Of a DNA stretch of 64,000 nt, positions 50,425 to 59,550 are shown piece by piece (position 1 is the first letter of the stretch; the number at the start of each line of letters is the position of its first letter). The notes beneath the pieces were generated by a model. It was given only the letters and a program-made list of their open reading frames with translations, was not told the DNA's origin and searched no databases. Source of the DNA: an uncultured virus (IMG/VR IMGVR_UViG_3300046782_000157). Lineage: Duplodnaviria; Heunggongvirae; Uroviricota; Caudoviricetes. The position numbers and the translations under genes are program-made. The DNA lies in IMG/VR virus record IMGVR_UViG_3300046782_000157; one strand, given 5' to 3'.

Positions 50425-50792
50425 CTCAGCAGAACCTCCGGCCCGAACCAGATGTGGTTCATGACCGTGACGACACGATGTGCGATCTTATGAGCCATCC
50501 AACCATCACGATGAGGGTTGTCTTCTTCGAGGCCAGCGTTCTCTGCCTCGATCTCGATGTTGTCTGTGATCGGCACCATGAGCATCTTCATCAGCTCTGG
50601 TGGACATGCTTCCCAAATGCAAGCAGGGTTGCCCCACTTGGCATCCTCGATCGCAATACGTTCTGCGAGCTTAGGCGTGAGCCCACGCTCGTGAACGCAT
50701 TCCGAACAGAGCCATGTTCTGACGATGATGTTGTCGTCGGTGCTTTCCGTGACCATGGTTGTCGGACATCCGAAACACCTGATGATTGCCAT
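50421..50792 (-). CDS. early zinc-ribbon protein
   Basis: RBS; CFGC...CSEC. Confidence 0.6.
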   Translation of the reverse strand: MAIIRCFGCPTTMVTESTDDNIIVRTWLCSECVHERGLTPKLAERIAIEDAKWGNPACIWEACPPELMKMLMVPITDNIEIEAENAGLEEDNPHRDGWMAHKIAHRVVTVMNHIWFGPEVLLR

Positions 50793-50857
50793 TTGACCCT
50801 CCTTCGTTGTGATGAATACCAACCGCTCCGGGGGACAACTCCCGGAGCAGCTGCTAG

Positions 50858-51148
50858 TCACCAGCTTTTGTACGGTGACAGCGCCTTGACGCGATCGAGA
50901 TATTCCGAGGCGTCGTGAAGCTGTGTACCTTCTTCATCGCAAGTGTCGAACTGGTCGAACTTGTCGATGAAAGCCCACTCGCCAGCGTCACCCATGTAGA
51001 TGTAGCCGACGAGTCTGCCGTCAATCTCGTACACGTAGCACTCGTAGTTCGTGTCGATGTCTGGGTAATCACCAATGATGTCTTTGGCATACAGCTCTGC
51101 TGTGTGCTCTAGATCCTGACGAAACTCAGACTCAGTCATTTCTTTCAT
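50858..51148 (-). CDS. early acidic hypothetical protein
   Basis: Coupled; stop inside element. Confidence 0.6.
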   Translation of the reverse strand: MKEMTESEFRQDLEHTAELYAKDIIGDYPDIDTNYECYVYEIDGRLVGYIYMGDAGEWAFIDKFDQFDTCDEEGTQLHDASEYLDRVKALSPYKSW

Positions 51149-51348
51149 GGGATCTGCTTGACGAAGACGGCTGCTCTGAACTTGGTGTCAACGCGATTGA
51201 AGCCGTGGTTGATCAGCTTCTCGATCAGACGTTCACCGTCGTCTACGTGAATGATCTTGACGGATTCGATCTCTTTCTGATCGATGATGGACACGACTTT
51301 CACTTGCTTGTCGCTGACCGGGATCAGTGAAACGCGCTTAACGCTCAC
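51145..51348 (-). CDS. early hypothetical protein
   Basis: Coupled ORF. Confidence 0.55.
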   Translation of the reverse strand: MSVKRVSLIPVSDKQVKVVSIIDQKEIESVKIIHVDDGERLIEKLINHGFNRVDTKFRAAVFVKQIP

Positions 51349-51566
51349 GCTGTCACCTGATCCTTTGTGATCCAGAGCTGGCCGGAACCTGTGCCCAAGC
51401 TGTCGTACGCTCGATACAGCTTCCAGTGCTTATCGCAGCCATGACCCCACGGCCCGTAACGAGTTTTGAAGTCGTACGGCCCTGGTGTCTTCATGCCTTC
51501 TTGATTGCAGAAATCGCAATCGGGAATGCGAGGCACGACGCAGACTTTTCCCTTTTCTGCTTTCAT
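51345..51566 (-). CDS. early Cys-containing protein
   Basis: CDFC...YD.KT..GPW...C...G.G.GQ. Confidence 0.65.
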   Translation of the reverse strand: MKAEKGKVCVVPRIPDCDFCNQEGMKTPGPYDFKTRYGPWGHGCDKHWKLYRAYDSLGTGSGQLWITKDQVTA

Positions 51567-51638
51567 TCTGTGCGACCCTCCTTCGTTTTGGTGGTTTGAA
51601 CACCAGCCCTGTCGGATTATATCTGACAGAGCTGCTAC

Positions 51639-51962
51639 TCAATACCTGCTTTTCGAGACGAGCTTGCCGTTGTCGAAGCAGAACTGATAGCTGCCGTTCT
51701 GGCTGAGAATGCCGTAGTAGATACAACGGCTGTTCAATGTGCCGCCGTAGCCACCGACAGTTGTGTCGTCGCTGCTCTGAGGACTGCCGAACGAGCTTCT
51801 CACGTAGCTTTCGCTGACGCCAATTGGCATGATAGCGAAAGCATTGGGATCGACCTGAGCACTTGACTTATCGCTCGCGTCGGTGATCCCGTGAAGTGCG
51901 AATGCTCCACCGCCTACAAAGAGGCTGAGTAGCAGCAGAATGGTGATGAATGCGCCTTTCAT
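51639..51962 (-). CDS. exported protein with BamE/BLIP-like domain
   Basis: Signal/TM helix; F..M.IG.S...V...FGSP; F.NGKLVSK. Confidence 0.6.
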   Translation of the reverse strand: MKGAFITILLLLSLFVGGGAFALHGITDASDKSSAQVDPNAFAIMPIGVSESYVRSSFGSPQSSDDTTVGGYGGTLNSRCIYYGILSQNGSYQFCFDNGKLVSKSRY

Positions 51963-52048
51963 TTTACGACCTTCCTTCGTTTTGTTTTTATTTGGTTCTG
52001 TGTCTGCTGACACAAGCCGCTACACGTTGTCCTGAGTAGCAGCTTCTA

Positions 52049-52369
52049 TCAGTTGACGATACTGTGATCCTTGATGCTGATCCAGCCGCATTCGCCTTCA
52101 ATACACATCACGATTCCTCGCAATGTCGGTCTGCTGTCAAGCCCTTCGCCGCCGCCATAGCGGTTGCTAGGATCGAAATCACTGATCCAGACACAGATTT
52201 CATATCCGAGTTGCTCGGCGTAACAGTAGAAGATGATCTGATCACCTTGGACACCAGCTACTGTCCAGTGAGGGCTGACATATTCGCCTTCATACTGATT
52301 GGCGATCCAGTCAGCTTTGACTTCGCGGTCAGTTGCTGTCCAAACTTTTGCTATGAACTCTGGCTTCAT
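52049..52369 (-). CDS. early hypothetical protein
   Basis: RBS; stop inside element. Confidence 0.6.
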   Translation of the reverse strand: MKPEFIAKVWTATDREVKADWIANQYEGEYVSPHWTVAGVQGDQIIFYCYAEQLGYEICVWISDFDPSNRYGGGEGLDSRPTLRGIVMCIEGECGWISIKDHSIVN

Positions 52370-52434
52370 TGGCCCTCCTTCGTTTTTGTGTTCTGTAGTA
52401 CAAGCCGCGTCGGTTGTCCACGACGCAGCTTCTG

Positions 52435-52533
52435 CTACAGATGTCCGACTGCGCGCCCAATGAGTGCGCAGATGATGACGACGATTGGCGCAGCCGTGAT
52501 ATACGTTGGCCAAGCATCTTTCCACTTGTACAT
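52435..52533 (-). CDS. small membrane peptide
   Basis: MYKWKDAWPTYITAAPIVVIICALIGRAVGHL between two elements. Confidence 0.5.
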   Translation of the reverse strand: MYKWKDAWPTYITAAPIVVIICALIGRAVGHL

Positions 52534-52607
52534 GTGTACCTTCCTTTGTTTTTTATCGTTCAAGGCCGAGCGGGTTGTCCTTCGCTCGACCTTCAACGCG
52601 CGGCTTG

Positions 52608-52946
52608 TTACGCCGCGATATGCTTCGCACAGCGGTGAACTCGCTTGCCGTCTTTGAATAGCGACATGATCGCGAGTGCTCCGCACTTCTCGCCTTTGAC
52701 CGCTTGTCCGTTATACGTTGAGCCCGCAGGCCCGAGTTTTGTACGCTTCGTGCGCTTCTTCTTGAAGAACACTGTCGTCGTTTTGCCTACGAATGCGTCG
52801 CACGCTTCGGCGACTGCTAGCTCGCGGTCGATTGCGGGCGTAGCGGTTGCTCCGCTTATTCTTGAATCCCGGCTTTGTCCCGGGCTTCTTGCGGACTTCG
52901 TCGATACCGGCCCTCTGCTTTTTGCCGGCTTTTTACGTTTTGCCAC
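52608..52946 (-). CDS. basic early protein
   Basis: RBS GAAGGAGGGTCA then GTG. Confidence 0.6.
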   Translation of the reverse strand: MAKRKKPAKSRGPVSTKSARSPGQSRDSRISGATATPAIDRELAVAEACDAFVGKTTTVFFKKKRTKRTKLGPAGSTYNGQAVKGEKCGALAIMSLFKDGKRVHRCAKHIAA

Positions 52947-53174
52947 TGACCCTCCTTCGGGGCTTATTGAATTGCTCCTCGATTCGGATTATTCGGTTGA
53001 ATCGAGGACGTGCGGAAGCGGGACGTACGCTTACACGGGGGTTTTTGACGGCGTGCTTATGCCTTGCCGCTTTTCCCGCTCGGGTGGTGCGTCCCTCCTC
53101 CTTCGGTCGCTTAGGCGCGACCGGGGAGGGGTCGAGAGAATCGGATTCTCTCGACCTCCCCCGCTCGATCCCTG

Positions 53175-53549
53175 CTAGGCGCGAGCCTTACGATACGCGC
53201 CGGACGCGAGCCGTCCCGGTCGCTTCGCGGCTACCGCGTAGCCGCCGAGGCGGTCTACGTTCGCCCGGGTCGGGCGGAACCCGAAGACGATCGGGAGGGC
53301 GTACGCTCGGAGATCCGTCGGCGACTCGGCGAGTACCGCCCGAACGTCGGCCGCGCGTACGTCTTCGATCCGCTCGAACGAGCCGACCCGACTCGGGATT
53401 AGACCCGCGTCGCGGCGAGCCGCGTAAGAGATCTCGCGAGTCGACCACTTCTTCTCGCCGCCGTAAACGGCCGCGTCGATCTCGGCGTCGGTCTTTCCGG
53501 CCGCCGCGAGCTTCGCGATTTTGTTCTCGTTACTTTTACTTACGGACAT
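53175..53549 (-). CDS. first gene of leftward operon, CA/TG-depleted
   Basis: RBS GAAGGAGG; no Gln, His or Cys. Confidence 0.65.
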   Translation of the reverse strand: MSVSKSNENKIAKLAAAGKTDAEIDAAVYGGEKKWSTREISYAARRDAGLIPSRVGSFERIEDVRAADVRAVLAESPTDLRAYALPIVFGFRPTRANVDRLGGYAVAAKRPGRLASGAYRKARA

Positions 53550-54189
53550 TTCGTTCCTCCTTCGGAACTCCGGAATTGCCGTTCCGGTATCGGGAACCGC
53601 GGTACGCGGCTCGCGAGACGCGATACCGGAAATTGAAATCGGGAATCCGGTCGCGCCTCGCGAGCCGTCCGAGGTCGAGAGAATCGAATCGAATCTCTCG
53701 ACCCCGGCGGCCCGCCGAAGGAAGGAAGGTCTACGGCTCGCGCGCCTACGCTCTAGAGCCCGGGCGCCGCCCCTATCTACGGGGGACGGCGACCCTACGC
53801 GCGTCCGATCGAGTCCCCCGGGCGGCTATAGGGCGGGCGGGGGAGGGGAAGCCGTAGACCGCCCCTCCGAAGCCCGCGCGTAGCGATCGCGCGGCTCCTC
53901 CGACTAGTACCGCTCGCCTCTCTCCTCGGCTCGACCGAGGGATAACGTCGGCGCCCGTCTCCGGCTCCCTAAGCCTATTAGGGGGTCGGACGGGAATCCG
54001 CGTAACCCTAAACCGAGATCCCCGCCACGTAGCCTCCCTAGGCTACGGGAGGGTGGAGGGTTGGATACTAGGGGGTCTAGAAAATCCCTGCTAATAGGGA
54101 CTATTCAGTGATCGGACGGGACGGGCTAGACCCGCATCAATTAGCCCGAAAAATGTAGAAAAGGGACTCCGGCCACGTACCGGCAAACC

Positions 54190-54420
54190 TGAGGTGAAAC
54201 ACAAAATTTGCTCAATTGCAATTGCTAAAAACAGTGTTAGAAACAAATTGATGTAAAAATCATGAAAACCACCCCTTTTCCAGCTAAAAATCACAAAAAT
54301 CATGAAAAATCACCCATCAATATGAAAAACATACAGAAAAATCCAAAATAAAAACCAATTCTGCAGAAAACCCCTGGAAATCAACACCGTTTTCCAAATA
54401 GAAAACGCACCAATTCACTT
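54190..54420. other. AT-rich A-tract region at strand divergence; candidate terminus/pac or origin
   Basis: Many A4-A6 runs; AAAATCATGAAAA twice. Confidence 0.45.
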
Positions 54421-54727
54421 CATACGCGCGTACGCGCCCGCGACCCCTCCACGTTCTGCAGATTTTCTCCGCCTACGCGCGTACACGCCCGTACGGGAGG
54501 GCACTCTCGCGCGTAAGGCGGGCGCGGGCGTAGCGCGCGCGAACATGAGTTGTTAATAGAACTTAAATGCGCGCGCCCCCGCGCACCCGCCCCCGCGCGC
54601 GACACAAATAACAACTAAATGCGCGCGCGTACGTGCGCGTAAGAGCGCGACCCCCATCCGACCCCCATCCGACCCACCCCGCAGGTAGAATCACCCCACA
54701 CTCCACACCCCACAAAGGAGGCGCACA

Positions 54728-54925
54728 ATGTCCACCACGCAGATCCAGCAAAGCAAGACACAAAACAAGGGAACCTGCGACTTTCAATGGGGGCCGGGCT
54801 GCACCGCAAAGACATCCCCAGACCAGACTCACCTCTGCCAACTCGCAAGAGGACACACAGCCAACCAGTGCGAATGCTACTACTGCGGGCTGAAGCAGGT
54901 CAACGCCAGCCGCTCCCGAGTGTAA
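54728..54925 (+). CDS. small Cys/His-rich protein
   Basis: RBS AAGGAGG. Confidence 0.55.
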   Translation: MSTTQIQQSKTQNKGTCDFQWGPGCTAKTSPDQTHLCQLARGHTANQCECYYCGLKQVNASRSRV

Positions 54926-55140
54926 CCCCCGACCCGACCCGAACCGAACCAAAACTCGGCAAGCGTCGGAGTCCGAAACGCGCTAGAGTCCCGAAATACG
55001 CCCCTCTGCCCCTCCACTCTGCCCCTCCACGGAAAGGAGTTCACACGAAAGCCCTAGATCGCCTTCATTGGCACACTCACATCGACGGGCTCGACTCGAT
55101 CGAGCGGCAGCTTCGCCAAATGCGAAAGGATCTACATCAT

Positions 55141-55410
55141 ATGAGCACACAGATGGACGAACTCAACACCGCGATTCAGAATCTCGTCTCTGACGCGCAA
55201 GCCAACTCCGATGCCGTCAATGCACTGATCGCCAAGATCGACGCCGTGGGCGTCACGGCGGATCTCTCGGATGAGATCCAGGCCGTCAAGGATGCCAGCG
55301 CCAGCCTCGAAGCCAGCAAGGAGGCAGCCGACGCCGTGCTGAACCCGCCGGCAGCCCCGGCCGAAGTGCCGGCGACCGATCCCAACGCTCCAGAGGTCAA
55401 CCCTCTGTAG
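55141..55410 (+). CDS. acidic coiled-coil protein
   Basis: RBS AAGGA; heptad-like sequence. Confidence 0.6.
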   Translation: MSTQMDELNTAIQNLVSDAQANSDAVNALIAKIDAVGVTADLSDEIQAVKDASASLEASKEAADAVLNPPAAPAEVPATDPNAPEVNPL

Positions 55411-55508
55411 CCCAACACCAACACCAGGACTCACAATGTGGGGCGCGCACAGTAGGAGGGGCTGCGCGCCCCGCAACACGTAACAACAACAGAAAGGAAA
55501 CAGGACGC

Positions 55509-55631
55509 ATGCCAGCCCGTAGTCAAGCACAAAGACGCTGGGCCTACGGCGTCAAAGGAGCGAAGTGGGCCAAGAAGCACCATTTCAATAACAAGGGCAA
55601 GCTGCCAGCCCGCTCAAGAAAGCGGAAGTAG
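55509..55631 (+). CDS. small basic protein
   Basis: MPARSQAQRRWAY...NKGKLP; manually translated. Confidence 0.55.
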   Translation: MPARSQAQRRWAYGVKGAKWAKKHHFNNKGKLPARSRKRK

Positions 55632-55634
55632 GCA

Positions 55635-56699
55635 GTGGCAGCAGTAGCCATGCCCAAATGGTGGGCCGACAAGAGACTCCGCAAAGAAGCTCTGGAGTTG
55701 AAGCTCGGACTCAGGAAACGGCCCAGCGACGTACCACACATTCCGGCGGGCAGCCCGGTGGACAGGGAACTGAACAAGTTCCAGAAGTGGGCGCTTTGGA
55801 TCGCAGCTGGCAAGAATCCACAGACGCGCCCGAAGGACATCTGGAAAGCTGTACCTGACAAGATGTATTGGGACGTTCTGACCCAGTACATTAAGCTGCA
55901 CAGCACCCCGCCACCGCAAAAACCACCGATTCAGCCCAGCCTTCCACCTAGCAAGTGGAAGAACACGCCGTGGGTGGTCAAGCACGTACATACCAGCCAC
56001 GGTTTGCGCAAGGACGACGGCGTCTGGACGATCGACCAGTTGATCGCCAGGGCCAAAACGGCCAAATGCCAAGCGATCATCTGCCAGATTGGTGGAGACA
56101 CACCCGACCCAGACTGGGCAGAGAACGCCCGAGCACTCTACAAGGCCGGAAAAGCAGCAGGTCTGAGGATTGGGGCCTGGGGCCGGATGGACTACGTCAA
56201 TTGGGAAACGGTCAAGGCCATGATCAAGAGCGTTCTGCCGTTGGACGGCGTTCTGGCTGATATCGAGGGTCGATGTCAGGATCAGGCGCTACCCGAGAAG
56301 CTCGTCAAGGAGTTTCCCAACCTACCAATGGGGGTGATCGCTACCGGAGCAATTGATCAGTCTCTCGACGGCCTCTCTCCACCAGCAGTTGCTCAACGTT
56401 GGGGTGACCACTTCGACTTCGTGGGGCAGGACTACCACAAAGCCGACAACCCGATGACGCCTGATACTGGTGAGAACTTCGTCTACTGGCGCTCGACTGC
56501 CAAGGTCACCAGTGGGTTCAGGCATCTGCCCGAGGCGAAGGGGCGTTGGCACATTCCGGTGGTCATGCCGAGTGCCGAGACGTGTCCGCCGCTAGAGGCT
56601 CATCGTGCTTGGCTCAGGGACTACACGCCGCACTACGGCGTCTGGGACGGCGAGCTGGTGGAGGCCAATGGCGAGTGGGGCGTGTTCGCCAGTATTTAA
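55635..56699 (+). CDS. putative glycoside-hydrolase-like TIM barrel protein
   Basis: AGLRIGAWG, VLADIE, GQDY pattern. Confidence 0.45.
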   Translation: MAAVAMPKWWADKRLRKEALELKLGLRKRPSDVPHIPAGSPVDRELNKFQKWALWIAAGKNPQTRPKDIWKAVPDKMYWDVLTQYIKLHSTPPPQKPPIQPSLPPSKWKNTPWVVKHVHTSHGLRKDDGVWTIDQLIARAKTAKCQAIICQIGGDTPDPDWAENARALYKAGKAAGLRIGAWGRMDYVNWETVKAMIKSVLPLDGVLADIEGRCQDQALPEKLVKEFPNLPMGVIATGAIDQSLDGLSPPAVAQRWGDHFDFVGQDYHKADNPMTPDTGENFVYWRSTAKVTSGFRHLPEAKGRWHIPVVMPSAETCPPLEAHRAWLRDYTPHYGVWDGELVEANGEWGVFASI

Positions 56700-56724
56700 C
56701 ATCTAACCAATGAAAGGAGAGCAG

Positions 56725-57384
56725 ATGCGAAAGATCATTGTGGCGCTGGCAGTGGCCGGTGCTACGTTCGGGATCGCGACCGCAGTCAGCGCGAGCATCC
56801 CAAGCCCCAACGGCGTGTTTCATGGTTGTTATGCTCTGCACAACCAGACGACCGACAAGGGCGTTCTGCGCTTGGTCAACTTCGATCAAGGCGAGGGTTG
56901 CCGCTTCTATGAGGCACCAGTCGCGTGGAACAAGGCAGGCCCGACTGGCCCCAAGGGGGCAACAGGCCCGCCTGGCCCAAGAGGCCCAACCGGCAAGCCA
57001 GGCCCAACTGGCCCGAAAGGCCCCAAAGGAACAACTGGGCCGAAGGGTGCGACAGGCCCGCCAGGCCCGAAGGGCGTCACTGGTGCTCCGGGGCCAAAGG
57101 GCGCCACTGGTGCTCCTGGCCCCAAGGGTGCTACTGGGCCCAAAGGCCCGACAGGGATGAGAGGCCCAACCGGGCCCAAAGGCCCAACCGGCCCCAGAGG
57201 GCCAACGGGCACTGGTCAGCGTGGAGCGACTGGGCCAACAGGCCCAGGTGGGAAAGACGATGACGACAACTTCACCATCCTGCCGGTCTGCGAGAACACG
57301 TCGTCTGGTGAACTGCACGTCAGTCCGCCCCACAGCTGTACAGGCCAGGACGAGATCATCATCCATCTCGTGAAGGCACCATAA
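56725..57384 (+). CDS. secreted collagen-like protein
   Basis: Signal peptide; long Gly-X-Y run (GPKGAT). Confidence 0.85.
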   Translation: MRKIIVALAVAGATFGIATAVSASIPSPNGVFHGCYALHNQTTDKGVLRLVNFDQGEGCRFYEAPVAWNKAGPTGPKGATGPPGPRGPTGKPGPTGPKGPKGTTGPKGATGPPGPKGVTGAPGPKGATGAPGPKGATGPKGPTGMRGPTGPKGPTGPRGPTGTGQRGATGPTGPGGKDDDDNFTILPVCENTSSGELHVSPPHSCTGQDEIIIHLVKAP

Positions 57385-57491
57385 CTCGACAAGCTACCGA
57401 ATTGATCTTCGGGTAGGATCGCGGGGCGTGAGACCCCTCGCGCACCGGGGGAGCGGGTTCCTAGATACGCAAAGGCCCGCTCCCCACTATA

Positions 57492-57728
57492 ATGATCAAA
57501 TACTTGACCCCATACCAGCGTGACACTATCCGGGTCGCCATCGAGATCTACAACGGGTTGCCGCTCTGCTATTGCGGCTCCAAGCACGTTATGCCTGGAA
57601 ATCCAAACATTCAGGATCACGAGCTGCTGATATTGGCCGACGCGGCGGCGATTCTGAAGGAATGGGACGTTCAACCCGAACCGATCCCCAACCGGCCTGG
57701 CAAAATCAAGGTGAAAGGGTTAGCATGA
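57492..57728 (+). CDS. hypothetical protein
   Basis: ORF in late operon. Confidence 0.45.
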   Translation: MIKYLTPYQRDTIRVAIEIYNGLPLCYCGSKHVMPGNPNIQDHELLILADAAAILKEWDVQPEPIPNRPGKIKVKGLA

Positions 57729-57831
57729 GCGAGCGGGGTTGGTTCATAGTCGGTTTCATGACCGGTATGGGCACATGTGGGATCATCTTGGCAATTGTGG
57801 TCGAAATCGCCCTCTACAGAGCAGTCGTTTG

Positions 57832-58425
57832 ATGGAAGGGCTATATGCGATCATGGCCATTGATCCGGGTGGATCTACCGGCGTAGCCTGGGGCGTCTTT
57901 CACGATGAGGCCGAAACGGTGAAGGAAACCATCGACGGCAAGATCTGCACCGGGCAGCGCACTTATGAGGGCTACCCAAGGCAGCAGGTATATGACATTT
58001 GCTGTCTTTGGCGTCGTTTGTACATGGAATGGGTGTTCGGGCTGGGGATCAAGCCGGAAGACTGTCATATGGTGATCGAGGACATCATTGTGGGCCCGAA
58101 TACACCACCCGGCAAGGATGTCAAGATAGCAATTGAGATTGGGCGTGGGATCTACTACTACAGGCTGGGCTCTGCACATGAGCACGAGCGTTGGAACTGC
58201 GGATGGGTGCCTCCGGTGCGAGTCAGCTGGCAAACGCCCTCCCAGGCCTCGGGATTTGCTCGCAAAGAGCGTCTCAAGGACTGGGGCGTATGGATTCGAG
58301 GCAAAGAGCACGAGCGGTCGGCGTGGAAGCACATTGCGTTGTACGTGGGTCGGCACATGGAAGCTCGTCGCGCCGCCTCGCGCGTATACGCGCGCGTACG
58401 CGCGACCCGAGCGCGAGCCCAGTAG
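57832..58425 (+). CDS. RuvC-like resolvase/nuclease
   Basis: AIDPGGSTGVA, VIED, H.RSA..H. Confidence 0.75.
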   Translation: MEGLYAIMAIDPGGSTGVAWGVFHDEAETVKETIDGKICTGQRTYEGYPRQQVYDICCLWRRLYMEWVFGLGIKPEDCHMVIEDIIVGPNTPPGKDVKIAIEIGRGIYYYRLGSAHEHERWNCGWVPPVRVSWQTPSQASGFARKERLKDWGVWIRGKEHERSAWKHIALYVGRHMEARRAASRVYARVRATRARAQ

Positions 58426-58675
58426 CCAAGCCGTTTCTACGCCCAGCCGCGATCCAGGGTAGGATCGCGGTCGTGATCTACCCCGGTATCACCGTGATGC
58501 CACGGCCCCCGGTCGCAACTCGACCGCCGGACTACCAACCCATCGCTCAGGGACTCGATCAGCAATACCCGCTGACTGGGACGTACGAGTGGTCTCCAGA
58601 TCTGGACTGGTGGCACGATTGGCTCCACACCAGCGACATCAAATACCAGGCCCGCCCACCTTGTAGGCCGATCTG

Positions 58676-59488
58676 ATGGCCAAAGTCGTCAAGACTCGCC
58701 GCAAGGGCAGAGGCGGCCACAACCCACCGCCCGAGCCGAGGCGTGGCCCGCGCCCCAGGAAGGGTCTCACCGCAGCGGTAGACAAAGGTGGGTTGGAGAC
58801 CAAACTGAAGCCGAGAGATCGCAGCAAGCAGAAACTCTCAGCTGGACTCCCTGGCTTCCAAGCACAGGCAGCAACTGCTCTCGGCGGCAAGTGTAACGCT
58901 ATGAAGCGAGATGGGGTGGGCCGGTGTACGCTGCCGGCAGGGTTCGGAACTGACCACCCTCAGATAGGCAGGTGTAAGTATCACTCTGGGAACACGCCTA
59001 CCGGGAACAAGCATGCGATCGTGGAGCGCGCTCGGCTCATGGGCGCTCCGATCGACATGAACCCGGTAGAAGCCATCATTTGGTCGATCCGCATTACTGC
59101 CGGTGAGGTCAAGTGGCTCTCGGAGCAGATTGCGGCGCTCGACAAGAAGGATTGGCACGAGGACACCATCATCGGCAAACAGATGCATCTGTACGTGCGA
59201 GAGCGGCGCGACCGCGTGGGCTTGCTCTACAAGATGGGGAACGACGCCATCAAGCTTGGCCTAGCAGAACGCGCCATCAAGATGGCCGAGATGTATGGGG
59301 TCGCTCTCAGCAGGTTCATCATGGGCGTTCTTGAAGATCTCCAGTTGACCGAGGAACAAGCTGTTAGAGTGCCCACGATCGTGCGCAAGCATCTGATAGC
59401 CTTGGAGGGCAATAAGCCGATCGGCGACGATCTAGCGACCATGACGATCGAGGGCAAGGCTGAGGAGGTCAAGCAATTAGTAGCCTGA
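58676..59488 (+). CDS. terminase small subunit
   Basis: C.A....C...G.GT.H...GRCK.H.G.TP; directly upstream of TerL. Confidence 0.7.
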   Translation: MAKVVKTRRKGRGGHNPPPEPRRGPRPRKGLTAAVDKGGLETKLKPRDRSKQKLSAGLPGFQAQAATALGGKCNAMKRDGVGRCTLPAGFGTDHPQIGRCKYHSGNTPTGNKHAIVERARLMGAPIDMNPVEAIIWSIRITAGEVKWLSEQIAALDKKDWHEDTIIGKQMHLYVRERRDRVGLLYKMGNDAIKLGLAERAIKMAEMYGVALSRFIMGVLEDLQLTEEQAVRVPTIVRKHLIALEGNKPIGDDLATMTIEGKAEEVKQLVA

Positions 59489-59550
59489 GTGAACTCATCA
59501 ACCCTGCCGATCTCGGCAAGATCTCACTTCCAGCCGGCACCGCAGATGCG

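Larger units (their letters stand above)
44192..52598 (-). repeat. array of 15 intergenic structured hairpin-plus-RBS elements
   Basis: Copies at ~44192-44262, 44446-44509, 45023-45090, 45693-45768, 47502-47570, 47941-48006, 48193-48258, 48563-48631, 49600-49665, 50124-50193, 50794-50860, 51575-51641, 51968-52051, 52371-52437, 52538-52598. Confidence 0.9.

Noticed and set aside
44192..52598. CRISPR array or classical integron
   Set aside because: The repeats are conserved in structure, not sequence, and are separated by whole genes. No GTTRRRY cores, integrase or cas operon were recognised.
52847..53857. 336-aa + strand Arg-rich ORF
   Set aside because: It is antisense to RBS-supported genes; the open frame is explained by high GC and lack of TGA in the CA/TG-depleted zone.
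57400..57490. tRNA or other ncRNA
   Set aside because: Only simple hairpins (GGGGAGCGGG/CCCGCTCCCC), no cloverleaf or T-loop; probably a terminator.
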